A stretch of DNA of 63,895 bases, the filler included, from Octopus bimaculoides (taxonomy: Eukaryota), in the NCBI RefSeq assembly GCF_001194135.2. It is 6 parts of 5 records of this genome, joined end to end, with 100 filler letters (N's around TTAATTAATTAA, not from the genome) between each part and the next. Parts side by side here need not be neighbours in the genome. Positions count along the whole stretch, not along the records: positions 22,953 to 37,620 come from NC_068991.1; positions 37,721 to 40,289 come from NC_068986.1; 4 more parts are not named here. One strand, given 5' to 3'. The position numbers and the translations under genes were made by a program. Under the pieces are notes generated by a model. The model saw only the letters and a program-made list of their open reading frames with translations. It searched no databases and was not told where the DNA came from. Of this stretch, positions 25,379 through 38,520 are shown one piece after another. Numbering within the stretch: position 1 is the stretch's first letter; every line of letters begins with the position of its first letter.

Positions 25379-25601
25379 ATATATGTATGTACTTAGAAGC
25401 GATGCGCCTTACCAGAATTAGCGACTCGATTCTAATACAAGAAACCACTCCAAATACTTGTTATAGCATTCATGTGAAAGAATTTTGAAGTGGTTATCTT
25501 GTATGGGATACTGAGTCGTTTAAGATATAGAATAAAATGAAACCAACAGATAGTATTAAGAATGCAAATATCATTACATGGATTGACTTCATTTTGCATG
25601 C

Positions 25602-25679
<78 letters not shown>

Positions 25680-25853
25680 ATTTACATCCCCGTAACTTAG
25701 CTGCTTGAAAGATAGAGAACGATATAAGTTTAGGGCTTAAAAATATTAGTACTGGGGTTAATTCATTTGACTATTAAAGAGTTTTGAAGGCGATGCCCCA
25801 GCATGACCACGGTTTAATGACAGAAACAGATAAAGGAAACGGATAAAGAATAC

Positions 25854-25900
<47 letters not shown>

Positions 25901-26603
25901 TGCACATACATAGATACATACATACATGCATACATACATGCATACATACACACATATCTATATATAGGTGTATCTTATTCTCATGAGACCCTGGATTTGT
26001 GCCTGCAAAGACTAGTTTCGATTTGTCGTCAGAGTAGGGTTAGCTGCTATTGTACAGAACCCCATGTGTGAGTGACAGACCAGGTTGCAGTGCCAGCACT
26101 TGAACTTGTAGTTACTTCTTTTCAGTCCCCTTTGAAAACAAAAAGAAAAAGCCCCACAAGAAAAAAAAAAAAAAACTCCCCAAAACATCAGCCTCCCTTC
26201 AAAACGGTTCAAACCTTTCTGCCGCTTTATTCTCCTGTGGGAAGAATCCCCACTAATTTTCTGTCATTTTTAACCTATCATGAAAAGTGACTTCATGATT
26301 CTCTTGTAGATATTCTTCAAACGAAGATAGGCGTCGTTGATGAAGCGAGTTGAGAAAGCTGCGAAAAGTGGATAGCGTATACAAACAGATAAAAATTGGA
26401 ATTCGAACTAAGAGCGCAGAATCAAAGCGAATACTGTGAGTCATTCTATCCAATACATTAACAACGACACCAATTTACAGACTGTATATATATATGCGTG
26501 TGTAAGTGTGTATGTCTACATGTATATAAGCACATATACACACGCAGCCCCCGCATATATATACATACACATTTATACATACATGCTTATATGTATATAT
26601 ATG

Positions 26604-26654
<51 letters not shown>

Positions 26655-27142
26655 GTATGTATGTATATGTCGTGTCCTTCGTTTTAAGCGCTCAACTGAT
26701 ACAATATTTGTTAAAAATGTCTCTCTTGTATTGTCTTTTTCTTTTCGTTTTCGTTCGTTGCCTAAATTGATATATACGCACCCACAAGCAAACAAAACAC
26801 ATACACACAAGCAATCACACACATATATGTGTATACTCTCTCTCTCTCTCTCTCTCTCAGACACACATATGTTTATACATATAAATAGCATTTCAGCCTT
26901 GTCTATTTCTAGTCTCACACACAGAGTCACACACACAATTATGCTGGAAGACATCAAATTGAACAACGGATATTAATATTTCCACAAGAGTAACAGAATA
27001 ATTATAAGATATTACAATAAAGGAGAGCGTTACATTCAGTTGCATTATAAATAAATCAAGCACGTTTACTGCACCTACCAATCCTATTCCATTGATACGG
27101 ATTCTCTTAATGAACACAAACGGGACGGATGTGTATGTGAGA

Positions 27143-27193
<51 letters not shown>

Positions 27194-28202
27194 TCAATAT
27201 GTACATAGCTGCATATGTACATTTGTATATAATGTATAACACGTACACATAATAAGACAGCCAAGATGTTTTTAAGAGACAAAAAAAAGAAGCAATGAAG
27301 TTAGCAACGAATAATTAACTATAACAAACACAAGAGTAACAAATACAAATACAACAACAACAACAACCACGTCCATGTCAAAAACATCAGTAAGAACACC
27401 AGTAACAACAACAGGGAGATAGCAAGTACAACGAAAATTGCAGAAATTGTAGAAATGAAAATATTATTGGAAAGAATAACTGTAGTGGAAGAAAACTTCA
27501 ACGTGTTTGATTTGTTGTGGTGGTAGGTATGAAGATAGACAGTAAATTGAAATCGTGCACAGAGTTGATAATAAGAAGAAAAATTGCTAGTTGCCCTTGT
27601 TTTCGTTTTTATTTTTCAGATTTTGGAAGAAAACTTTTAGAAATGTCTTCACTTGTATTTTTACCATAGGCAATCGGAAACCTGATATTCAAGCGAGAGA
27701 CAGCTACTCGCTGTGTGGTTGGTTGAGATGTCATATGACGTAAGAGAAACAGCAGGTTAAATACAAATTGACAGCCGAGCTAACTTTCTATAGAATTATA
27801 TTCTTCAAGCTAAAAATGTGTGTGTGTGTTTGGGTGGTGGGTAGGCGGAGAAGAAAATAACGAAATTACGAAAGAAGTAATATAATACAAACAACCATGA
27901 CTTGAATAATTGTAATATAGCATATGGAAAAGATGTCTCATGTATTCAGTGTTTCATCGAGAATTGTTAGGTCGATGCTCGCTGTGAAAGTACAAGGAAA
28001 TTATAGCATTGCGCTGAGTAAGGAAAAAAGTTTATTCTGTTCAACGGAAATTCCTATTCCATTTGTTATAAATAATGTCAATATACTACATAAACGGGAA
28101 CGAAAGAATAGGTCGACAAGTGACACTTTTCGCAGTTGCTTAATCTGCTAAAGACAATAGCCGAGACTCTCTCAAACAATATTCGACCATTACAAGGCAA
28201 CT

Positions 28203-28441
28203 ATGGTTCTGGCGTTGTGGTTAAAAAGCATGTTTTGCAAACATGTAGTTGCGGGTTCTGTTCCACTGCGCGGACTTTTGGATGAGATATTTGTTTTTAC
28301 AATGGCCCCGAGCAGGCCGATCAATACCTTGTAAGCAAAGTTGATAAATGGTAACTGTGCAGAAGCCTGTCGTATATATCTCTATGTGTGTGTATGTTTT
28401 TGTGATTGTGTTTTTTTACGTTCCCATAACTTAGCAGTTTG

Positions 28442-28508
<67 letters not shown>

Positions 28509-28630
28509 TGAGAGAGAGAGAGTGATAGACCATCTACCAGATCGATTTAGTCGATTGAATCATCAAAAGTGATTCCCTACCATGGCCGCTCTCTAATGAC
28601 TGAAACAAGTAAAAGTCACATGATGAAAGA
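28203..28630 (+). mobile_element. SINE family A, diverged, with an expanded internal (GA)n
   Basis: Head, CTGTCGTATATATC, CCCATAACTTAGC.GTT.G and CATGGCCGC..TAATGACTGAAACAAGTAAAAG match other A copies. Confidence 0.75.
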
Positions 28631-28974
28631 TAAGATTAAAGAGTTAAAAAAAAGCACTTACATATTTAATTTTTCATTTTGGGATTTCACACAGTTTTCG
28701 TCTACCAAATTCACTCACAAGGAACTAGTCGGTCCGCAGTTATATCAGAACACAATTGTTTAAAGTGCTGCGCAGTGGGACAGAACTCAAAACCGCGTGG
28801 TTGCAAAGCAAGGTTGTTCACCACACAGTCATGTCTGCACCTATGTGTTTCGAGTTATACAAAATATAATCAGTCATTTCCTCTTCCGGTACTAAGATCC
28901 AATGCTTCATGGGACTTCATGATATAACATTGAATAGAAAATAGAAACAACAACGGTATCACCAATGCTATAAT

Positions 28975-29165
28975 TCTTTCTAGTTTGGGCAGAATCCTTG
29001 AAATTTTGAGGGTTTACATCGACTCAGTGCTCGGCTGGTAGTTTATTTTATCGATCCCGAAAGGATGAAAGGCGAAGCCAACCTCAGCGGAATTTGATTC
29101 AGAACTTAAAACAGGAAACGAAACGCAGCTAAGCGTTTTGTCCGGTGTGCTAAAGACTCGTCGCC
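28975..29165 (-). mobile_element. SINE family C
   Basis: TCGATCCCGAAAGGATGAAAGGC.AAG.C.ACCTC.GCGGAATTTGA.TCAGAAC. Confidence 0.8.
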
Positions 29166-29336
29166 CAACAACGCTATATTGAACACACAAAAAAAAAAAT
29201 AGCAGCATTGTCTGACTGAAGGCTTAGGTACCAAGGTATCTGTTCGAACACCATGTCCGTTACGGGATTAAACAAATATAATAACGTCCATACAAAACAA
29301 TGGAGATAAAGCTCGTACATGAACAACAGCAGCAGT

Positions 29337-29373
<37 letters not shown>

Positions 29374-29677
29374 CAACAACAACAATGACAATTGAAGTAA
29401 CATGAGTGTTAATAACAAAATTGATCGACCGAAATAATCGTCATTTCTATGCAATTATGGACGTGTCATTAGGGTTCTGAACAAACAGGACGTCATTCAA
29501 GAATACATGATAAAATGGCGTAATTTGTTATCACATTTAATAATTATTTTTTCATAATATTTAAAATTCTGAATACAAAAACATGATAACAATAATAGTT
29601 TACGTTGACATTATGGGTAAATTAATTTTGAATATTTATATTTAGTATATTTAATTTAGGTAATTGGGCATGTGCGC

Positions 29678-29708
<31 letters not shown>

Positions 29709-30113
29709 NNNNNNNNNNNNNNNNNNNNNNNNNNNNNNNNNNNNNNNNNNNNNNNNNNNNNNNNNNNNNNNNNNNNNNNNNNNNNNNNNNNNNNNNNNNN
29801 NNNNNNNNNNNNNNNNNNNNNNNNNNNNNNNNNNNNNNNNNNNNNNNNNNNNNNNNNNNNNNNNNNNNNNNNNNNNNNNNNNNNNNNNNNNNNNNNNNNN
29901 NNNNNNNNNNNNNNNNNNNNNNNNNNNNNNNNNNNNNNNNNNNNNNNNNNNNNNNNNNNNNNNNNNNNNNNNNNNNNNNNNNNNNNNNNNNNNNNNNNNN
30001 NNNNNNNNNNNNNNNNNNNNNNNNNNNNNNNNNNNNNNNNNNNNNNNNNNNNNNNNNNNNNNNNNNATATATATGTATATACATACATACACACATATAA
30101 CAAGAGAGATTGT

Positions 30114-30172
<59 letters not shown>

Positions 30173-30524
30173 GTTGAAAGGGAGATTGGATAATGAAGCC
30201 ATAACGATCTTTTACCCGCATTCGTCCATGTTTGGTGTCGTTGAAACTGCCATTCACTTGGAGCTTATTTCGTGTTAAATGTTACACTGATACTATTGCA
30301 GCGACAACTGCTGCTACTGTTGTGGTTCTTGTTGGGGACGGCGTTGGTGGTGGTTGTGTTTTGTTGGTTTTCTCCTTGATATAACCAACACGCTTATTCC
30401 CATTTCCGATTCACAGCGTTGATTTAGAAATCTTAAATCAACCGTCAAACTACGAGACAAAAAAGGGACTCGTTTCCTTTTCAGACGATCTGCTACAATT
30501 AGCAGCCGAATCCCTCTGTAATTA

Positions 30525-30750
30525 GGAGAGGGTGCTGAAAAGTCCCCGGCTTTCGGTAAAAGAATATACAGGAGGATCAGTTAATTATGATTAATTACGA
30601 TTTTATTCAACATATTCCCCTCTCAGATTCACACACATATTGCAGTAGTCCTTCAGTTTCTCTAAGCCCTGTTAAAGAGCCGGAAAGTTGGGCCTCCAGC
30701 CAGGCCTTTTTGGATCCCCTTAAAACTAGGGACTTTTCAATACCCCTTGT
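30525..30750. mobile_element. Mariner-type MITE (~226 bp)
   Basis: Imperfect TIRs GGAGAGGGTGCTGAAAAGTCCC and GGGACTTTTCAATACCCCTTGT, each flanked by TA. No coding capacity. Confidence 0.65.
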
Positions 30751-30989
30751 TACTGCCACCATGTCTAAATAAAATGGGGAAGACACATTAGATAATGCAG
30801 CTTTAGATACACTAAATAAAGTTTGGTCAGGATTGGAATGCTTTTGATCATAAGGTCTGCTCAGGGAAAACTGACCCGGGGTTAAATTACAGCAAAAACC
30901 ATCAAATTACGCATAGACCATGCACTAACTATATATTTTCAACCATTAGGTTGAGGTTATGTGGAGACACCTCCTTGAAGAATTTTATT

Positions 30990-31735
30990 TGAATGACTCA
31001 ACCCCAGTGTTTAATTATTTTAGTCCTGGTACTAATTTTATCGGTCTGTTAGGCCGAACAACTAAGTTATGGAGACATAAACAGGCCAACACCGGTTGTC
31101 AAGCGGTGCTGGGGAACAATTGTTGTTGTTGGCACTTCGTCGCTTACGACGTCGAGGGTTCCAGTTTATCCGATCAACAGAACAACCTGCTCGTGAAATT
31201 AACGTGCAAGTGGCTGTGCACTCCACAGACATGTGTACCCTTAACGTAGTTCTCGGGGATATTCAGCGTGACACAGAGTGTGACAAGGGTGGCCCTTTGA
31301 ATTACAGGCACAACAGAAACAGGAAGTAAGAGTGAGCGAAAGTTGTGGTGGAAGAGTACAGCAGGGTTCGCCACCATCCCCTGCCGGAGCCTCGTGGAGC
31401 TTTAGGTGTTTTCGCTCAATAAACACTTACAACGCCCGGTCTGGGAATCGATACCGCGATCCTATGACCGCGAGTCCGCTGCCCTAACCACTGGGACATT
31501 GCTACTCCGCTGGGGAACAAACAGACGTAAAGACTCACGTGCGCCCGCCCATACACACACGCGCATACACAAACGCACACATACACATACGACGGTCTTC
31601 TTTCAGTTTTCGTCTACCAAATCAACTCACAGAGCATTGGTCGACTCGAGGCTATAGTAGAATCAATTGCCGCACAATGGGACTGATCCCGGAACCGTTT
31701 CGTTGGGAAGCAATCTTAGCGCACAGCCGGCTTGC
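30990..31735 (-). mobile_element. SINE family A copy split by the SINE B insertion
   Basis: A-type tail at 30990-31119 and A-type head/middle at 31509-31735 are collinear across the insertion. Confidence 0.8.
31120..31508 (-). mobile_element. tRNA-headed SINE family B with a 12-bp TSD
   Basis: TSD GCTGGGGAACAA at 31108-31119 and 31509-31520. A and B boxes present, (CAA)n tail. Confidence 0.92.
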
Positions 31736-31868
31736 GTCCAACAGATTCAATAACAACTTCAAAGAAGTTGCATCATCCGTTAACCATCGTTAGCAGCAAA
31801 GTACTTGACTCCATTCTTGCTAACAATTTATAAGTAAAATACTTAACTTTCCTTTATAGAAACAACAG

Positions 31869-31910
<42 letters not shown>

Positions 31911-31915
31911 ATTAT

Positions 31916-32398
31916 ACTCTTTTACTCTTTTACACTTTTACTCTTTTACTTGTTTCAGTCATTTGACTGTGGCCATACTGGAGCACCGCTTTTAGTCGAG
32001 CAAATCGACCCCAGGACTTATTCTTTGTAAGGCTAGTACTTATTCTATCGGTCTCTTTTGCCGAACCGCTAAGTTACGGGGACGTAAGCACACCAGCATC
32101 GGTTGTCAGGCGATGTTGGCGGGGGACAAGCACAGACACACAAACATACACACAAACATACACACACACACACACATACACACACACATACACACACACA
32201 CACACAGACACACACACACATATATATATACATATATACGACGGGCTTCTTTCAGTTTCCGTCTACCAAATCCACTCACAAGGCTTTGGTCGGCCCGAGG
32301 CTATAGTAGAAGACACCTGCCCAAGGTGCCACGCAGTGGGATTGAACCCGGAACCATGTGGTTCGTAAGCAAGCTACTTACCACACAGTCACTCCTAC
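31916..32398 (-). mobile_element. SINE family A, young intact copy
   Basis: Head GGAGTGACTGTGTGGTAAG..GGGTTCAATCCC, internal (GT)n/(TA)n, 3' tail (TAAAAGAG)n. CpGs retained. Confidence 0.92.
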
Positions 32399-32479
32399 AT
32401 TATGTTGCCTAAAACATTGCGTAATCTGAACGAAGATGTTTACACACCGTTGTAATATACGAAAACATCGTTTTTATAA

Positions 32480-32720
32480 TTTGCAATTCCCAAAAGTGTG
32501 TAGAAGAACAATCCGCTTTCCGACTTTGATTCAGTTAGGTCTGTGCCACCTACACACTCATGGACGTTCGAGAGCACCGTTGTTAGACACAGAGTTTCAT
32601 ATGCTGATGACATCACAGTTATTTCTTTCTCTAGTTAATTGCCATAGCTTCAAAATTCCTGCAGCTCTATCTCGACAACGGAGACACCTGCATTCCAAAC
32701 TCGTCTAAAAACAAGATGTA
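32480..32720 (+). mobile_element. Short LINE RT fragment
   Basis: One frame reads VSYADDITVIS (RT catalytic motif). The rest is degenerate. Confidence 0.5.
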
Positions 32721-33031
32721 CCAAATTTACAGTATTGTCTTTTATCAGTTTCATGTATTTTCAACCATCACACGCAAAATCATAAATAATAATACAAGCG
32801 GAAAACATTAGAAATTTACGAAGAGAAATGTCATAACATTCACAGAATATATAAAAGATATTGTCAAAAAAATCAAATTGGAATACAAACACATATCAAC
32901 CAATTCCAGACAAGCAAATGGTAAACATCACTTGTGTAAAAATAAAATATTATTAGATGCATTATGGATTATTCTAGTCGTGGATGAGTTACCCGATACT
33001 CCATAACCATGAGAAATTTTAAAAGCACATA

Positions 33032-33034
<3 letters not shown>

Positions 33035-33129
<95 letters not shown>

Positions 33130-33244
33130 ACATATATTTATATATCTATCTATCTACTCGCCTGCCTCCCTGCCTGCCTGCCTGCCTCCCTCCCTCCGTA
33201 CCTACCTACCTACCTACCTACCTACCTACCTACCCATCAACCTG

Positions 33245-33296
<52 letters not shown>

Positions 33297-33320
33297 CCTA
33301 CCTACCTACCCATCAACCTG

Positions 33321-33410
<90 letters not shown>

Positions 33411-33464
33411 GTTCTATGTATTTATCTACCTAGCTAACTAGCTGGCTAGCTATGTATCTATATG

Positions 33465-33495
<31 letters not shown>

Positions 33496-33505
33496 TTATG
33501 CATGT
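33035..33505. repeat. Compound microsatellite (CT)n-(CTAT)n-(CCTG)n-(CCTA)n-(TATG)n with an internal block duplication
   Basis: CCTACCTACCCATCAACCTGTCTATCTATC occurs twice. Confidence 0.95.
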
Positions 33506-33854
33506 ATGTACGTATTATCGTATATTGCATGCAAACCACATCAAAAGACCATTATATAATAACAGAAGTATATTGGAAAGTAACGAGTTCTTTGTCACGC
33601 AGAGATATTGCAGATCTGGATCATAAATGCATGGATCACATCAATTATTTGATCGAATATCTAAGTATCACACAGAGATCTAGTAATATCTTCAGAGGAC
33701 AGGCAAAACCATGGATGAGCCCCATATGATACGTTCAAACATAAATCTTTTTAGAGATAACATGACACAAACGTACTAGAAATGCAAGCATTCAAAGTTA
33801 ATATCTGCACATTATTCTATTATATATAATAAACACACACATATACCTTCACAG

Positions 33855-33888
<34 letters not shown>

Positions 33889-34094
33889 ATNNNNNNNNNN
33901 NNNNNNNNNNNNNNNNNNNNNNNNNNNNNNNNNNNNNNNNNNNNNNNNNNNNNNNNNNNNNNNNNNNNNNNNNNNNNNNNNNNNNNNNNNNNNNNNNNNN
34001 CAAGTTGAAAAAATTATATAAAAATAATATATATACATAAACTGAAAAAATTATATATATAAAAATTATATGTATATATAAATGATATATATAC

Positions 34095-34515
34095 ACAAAT
34101 TGAAAACTTTATTACCAAAGCAAAGTTTGACCTTACCAACAAAGGTCAATCATTCACTGGCACACGCCAATTCATATATACCGGCCAATATATGAACACA
34201 AAAACCGGAAAAATATTCAGAAACGCAAATATGAACTGCAAAAGCAGAAATTTAGTTTACTGCATCAAATGCCCGAATCGTGAAGAACTATATGTGGGTC
34301 AGAATGAAAATGCTCTATCAGAACGTTCATGTGTGCACCTACAGCAAATTAGGGACCCAGATGTCTGTCAGATACCTTTGAGTAACCATCTAGCAATATG
34401 TGGTCGGAAAATAATTATATTTCCATTCTACACATTACACAGTCCAAGTGAAATTGAGAGAAATATCAGAGAAATGAACTTCATTAATAAATTCTAAACC
34501 AAGCTAAATTAACAA
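34095..34515 (+). mobile_element. Penelope-like element 3' fragment (GIY-YIG endonuclease)
   Basis: MNCKSRNLVYCIKCPNREELYVGQ..LSERSCVHLQQIRDP..PLSNHLAIC..ERNIREMNFINKF*PKLN. Confidence 0.88.
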
Positions 34516-34721
34516 CAATACTAATACTTAGAAGTACTATCTCTACTGCTACGACCACTACCACTAAGAACAACAACAATACCAAAGGTGATTATGATGA
34601 CGATAGCAGGAAAATACTATCTAATCAACCACCACCACCACCACAATATTAAAGGAGATGATAATGGTGATGATAATTGAAATGTAAAAATCCCTGGGAA
34701 TTGTTGTTTACCACTACTACA

Positions 34722-34766
34722 TGGCCCTGAAGATTGCATAGTTTAATGCATGAAAGTACTAGTTCA
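34722..34766 (+). ncRNA. Minimal type-I hammerhead ribozyme candidate downstream of the PLE endonuclease
   Basis: CTGAAGA (34727-34733), stem II TGCAT/ATGCA, GAAA, palindromic stem III AGTACT, CUA cleavage triplet, imperfect stem I (TGGCC/GTTCA). Confidence 0.6.
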
Positions 34767-35419
34767 AACAGAATGGACATTTAATATTCTATCATTTCAT
34801 TATGTTATGTTATATTATTATAAGTACAAACAAACATACATAACATCTAGGGTTATATATTTTCCCTCTCAGATGAGATTATGCTCAGTAAATTTGAATG
34901 TAATATTTAATTAACTTCACTGTGTATAGTTGAAACAGCTGTAAGGAATAATGTTAGATTTGTTGCTGATAATAAAATATTAACTTCAAAATCTCCAGTT
35001 TTTAAATTTTTTTCCTTTGCATGAATATAAGCTACAGTTTATATACAAACCTATTATTTTAAGGAAATCAATTCGTCCCAAAGTATTAGTTATTGAACCA
35101 ATATTTCCTTGGATGACACCATCGCTTCAAAAGCCTAACATAACCCATAACCGAATTATATAAACACAATCAGTATACACAATCCCGCGCGGAAAGTAAA
35201 TAATAGTTCATGCAAAACCAGACGACTACATCGAAAATAAATTCTCTCTACTCCCAAAATGACACACGCCGTTATTGTGAATACCGACTTGGTAAAAATA
35301 GGCTACCTGTTAATCGACACCAAAGAAAGACAGCGAGTCGATCTTCAAAATAATCTTGGATAGCCGGATCTGTTTAGTTTGATATTAATTAAAAATCAGT
35401 AATATAGGAATATTGAAAG

Positions 35420-36300
35420 AATTTATACCTGATCTCATCTTTATCGTGTTGGCGGTGTCGAGAGGTCATTATCGCCGCCTTCGTTGTTCAGCTATCTCCG
35501 CGACGCCCATGGTGGAGTTATTGACAGCGACAGGTTTACAAAACAGCATAATTTTCTTGCATCAAAAGTACAAAGGTTTACACCATCCCAGCGGACTCCC
35601 TGTGTTAGAAGAACCCAACTGAGACATGTGTTGAAGTATCTGGGGACTGAGTGATGGGAAGCAGAGGGTGACTTGGATGCTAGAATTCCATTCCAGGTCC
35701 TGGCACAGTTATACACCAGCGTCAGCATTCAATCCTCAGGAGAGGTTGACAACAAAACCAAACTTGCTATCGACATTTCGAAATGTCATGAGTGTTGTAT
35801 ATTGACCGAACGAATATTGCCACGAATACAAGCGGCCGATATGGTGTTCTTGAAGAATTGGTTCGTGTACTGTCGCTGGATCATTGTGACTTGTCTCAGG
35901 AAACAGTCACCCGTCCATTATCCATTTTCTCCATCCACTGTTCCTGGGATCTAAGGAGTGACGTTACTCGTTAGGTTCATAGCTTGGAGATCAGGAAGTC
36001 TCTCCATGGCGATTCATTACTTCTCCGCTTTAAGAGGTCACTTGTGAGTAGAATAACGGAGGAAAGAATGAAAGACAGATTCTTGAAGACGAATCAATCG
36101 GCAGGAGACCCAAGAGTTATTCAAGAACGAGGTAGTCTGATAATATCCATAATCTTAGTTGGACACACTTAGGAATCCAGCTGAAAGGTGCAATAAAGGT
36201 TGCTACCGATAGAATGTTATGGAGGAGGTGCTAAAGGACTGTACTTTTATGACCCTCCCAGGAACAATGGGTGGAGAAAATGGACAATGGACGGATGGCT
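35420..36300 (+). mobile_element. RTE-clade LINE 3' relic
   Basis: HVLKYLG..DARI..VLAQLYTSV..KTKL..LTERILPRIQAADMVFL, then GVTLL..SLEIRKSL..IGRRPR..HNLSWTHLGIQ, with a GAAAATGGA.A.TGGA.GGATGG-type tail. Confidence 0.8.
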
Positions 36301-36344
36301 GTTTCCTGGGGCAAGTCACAATGGTCCAGTCGTAGTACACGAAC
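35861..36344. repeat. 89-bp inverted repeat pair (35861-35949 and 36256-36344)
   Basis: Reverse-complement alignment by eye gives 12 mismatches in 89 bp. Confidence 0.92.
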
Positions 36345-37018
36345 GAAATGATGTAAACGTTAACTATTTCTGTCTGACTTCTTCGGGGACAACTTTCTCT
36401 CGGCCACTTTCGCCGTGAAAAAAATAACAAAATAGCAACGTACCAACCCCCACTTCTCTCGCAAAACTCATACAACAAAAAACGGCAACGAAAAGACAAC
36501 AAGACAAAAAGCTGTACCTGAAAACTTTTAACTTAATAAATGCAATACTTATCAATGAACTAACTATCATTAACTGAAATATTCCAGTAAGAAAGTTGTA
36601 ATATGATATGCTAATATCAATAACAATATCTAACACCCATTAATAAATTACAGTAGCTTAGTGTCGTGTTTACATTGGCTAATTGAATTTCTATAAAGGC
36701 ATCGGTTATCCGAACAGAGATTTCGTTAATGTAGAATTGATTGATACCCGTGTGAATAGATGTAACCTGATGTATGTACGTATATTTCTGGTTTGATGTC
36801 TTTCGTACATGATGATATATCAACAGGGCTGCATCTTATTTTGATATCGCCGCTCTGTAACTTGTGAATTAACTGTAATGAATGTGTGTGTATATGTATT
36901 TACGTGTTACAGCTTTACTAGCTCAAAGTGTATACGCGCACACGTTTACAGACACGTACATACAACACACTCGCAGACACACACAGGCACACACAGGCAC
37001 ACACACACACGCACGCGG

Positions 37019-37067
<49 letters not shown>

Positions 37068-37729
37068 AGCAATCTGAGAGTGCCTATTGACGTATTGAGC
37101 ATTTTGGTGTATATACGAAAGAGAACAAAAAGGACATCTAACCATATTGTTTATAAGCGCGCACACACACACACCACACCCATGTATGTATGTAATGTAT
37201 GTCTGTGTGTGTGTCTGTGTGTGTGTCTGTGTGTGTGTCTGTGTGTGTGTGTTTACTGTTGCCATACGCCTCAAACTAGTGAGTTAACCATACATGTATG
37301 AATGTATGCAATTCAAACTCCTGAGTAAATGCACATACCAATACAAACTGTGTAATTAAATATGCGAGTGTACATACATACGTACGCACATACATACGTA
37401 CATACGTACATACATACATACGTACATACATGCATACGTACATACATACATACATACATATATACATACAGTCATTCATTCATACATACATACATTCGTA
37501 CGTACATACACGCATAGATACGTACGTATATTCATACGCCCATACGTACATACATACATATACATTCATCTTGTTATAAATATTTTATATGATATTGTAT
37601 GTGTATATATATATATATATNNNNNNNNNNNNNNNNNNNNNNNNNNNNNNNNNNNNNNNNNNNNTTAATTAATTAANNNNNNNNNNNNNNNNNNNNNNNN
37701 NNNNNNNNNNNNNNNNNNNNATATATATA

Positions 37730-37920
37730 TCTGTGTTTGTGTGTGCATGTCTTTCTGTCTGTCCACCGCTATCACTTGACAACCGGTGTTGGTATGTTTA
37801 CGTACCCGTAACTTGGCGGTTCAGGAACAGAGATTAAGTACCAAGCTAAAAAAAAAAAGGAAAAACAACAACAACAAAAAACTACTGGGATCGATTCATT
37901 GTACTAACTGAAACTATTAA
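37730..37920 (+). mobile_element. SINE family A, 3' half next to a gap
   Basis: CTTGACAACCGGTGTTGGT.TGTTTACGT.CCCGTAACTT.GCGGTTC. Confidence 0.75.
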
Positions 37921-37949
37921 AAAAAGATAAAAGATAAATCAACACTGGT

Positions 37950-38520
37950 GTGGGCTTTCAGAAGCTCGCAGCTTGCACAACACCTTGTGGAAGACTACTC
38001 ATCTATTATTCAAAGTCATTTCTTCTATAACTGTTAATGTTGTTTCTTTGCCTCCATCTTCGGGTGTATATATTCGGTAAAGATGTTATCCTTGCGGTAA
38101 AGGCGGTATCCCTCATTATCAGTCTGAGTTTCAAAGAAATGTTCCAGGATATCTTTTGATATATTTTTCGTTTTACATGCAAAGGTAGCTTAACTGAAGC
38201 CTCCAAAAGGACCAAGATTGAGTTGATTCTTGATACTTTCAGAGATCTTTGGGGTGTCATCCTTATGATACCTCAACGTTACCTGCTCTTGTCGTCCCAC
38301 CAGATGAATGTCTGAGAATGAGGCAGTCAGACTGTCCCTCTCCTAGAAGGATGATGTAACAACAGCTAGGAGTTCCTCACTCCCAGCGGTTTTACATAAT
38401 ATGCAAAATTATCCATAGCTGGGACTCTGACAGGAGCTACCACTCTGGGTAGCATAACTGGGAGCGACAGGGGTTAATTTGAGGCTCTATTTTCCTCAAA
38501 ACCCTGAAAATCTCGAACCA
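37950..38520 (-). mobile_element. Highly degenerate RTE-like LINE 3' fragment
   Basis: Weak similarity of minus frames (TLRYHKDDTPKI..QLNLGPFGG..ETQTDNEGYR) to the RTE C-terminal LRW.GHV.RM.D.R.PK..R..GRP..W...A.DR pattern. Confidence 0.4.

Noticed and set aside
26310-26435. Plus-strand exon-like segment (CTCTTGTAG| ... |GTGAGT)
   Set aside because: Stops occur in all three frames and there is no other support. It could only be non-coding.
30180-30257. Peptide MRVKDRYGFII resembling the DRYGF motif of some TBC-domain proteins
   Set aside because: The frame runs straight into (CT)n with no donor after the motif and no other TBC features, so it is likely chance.
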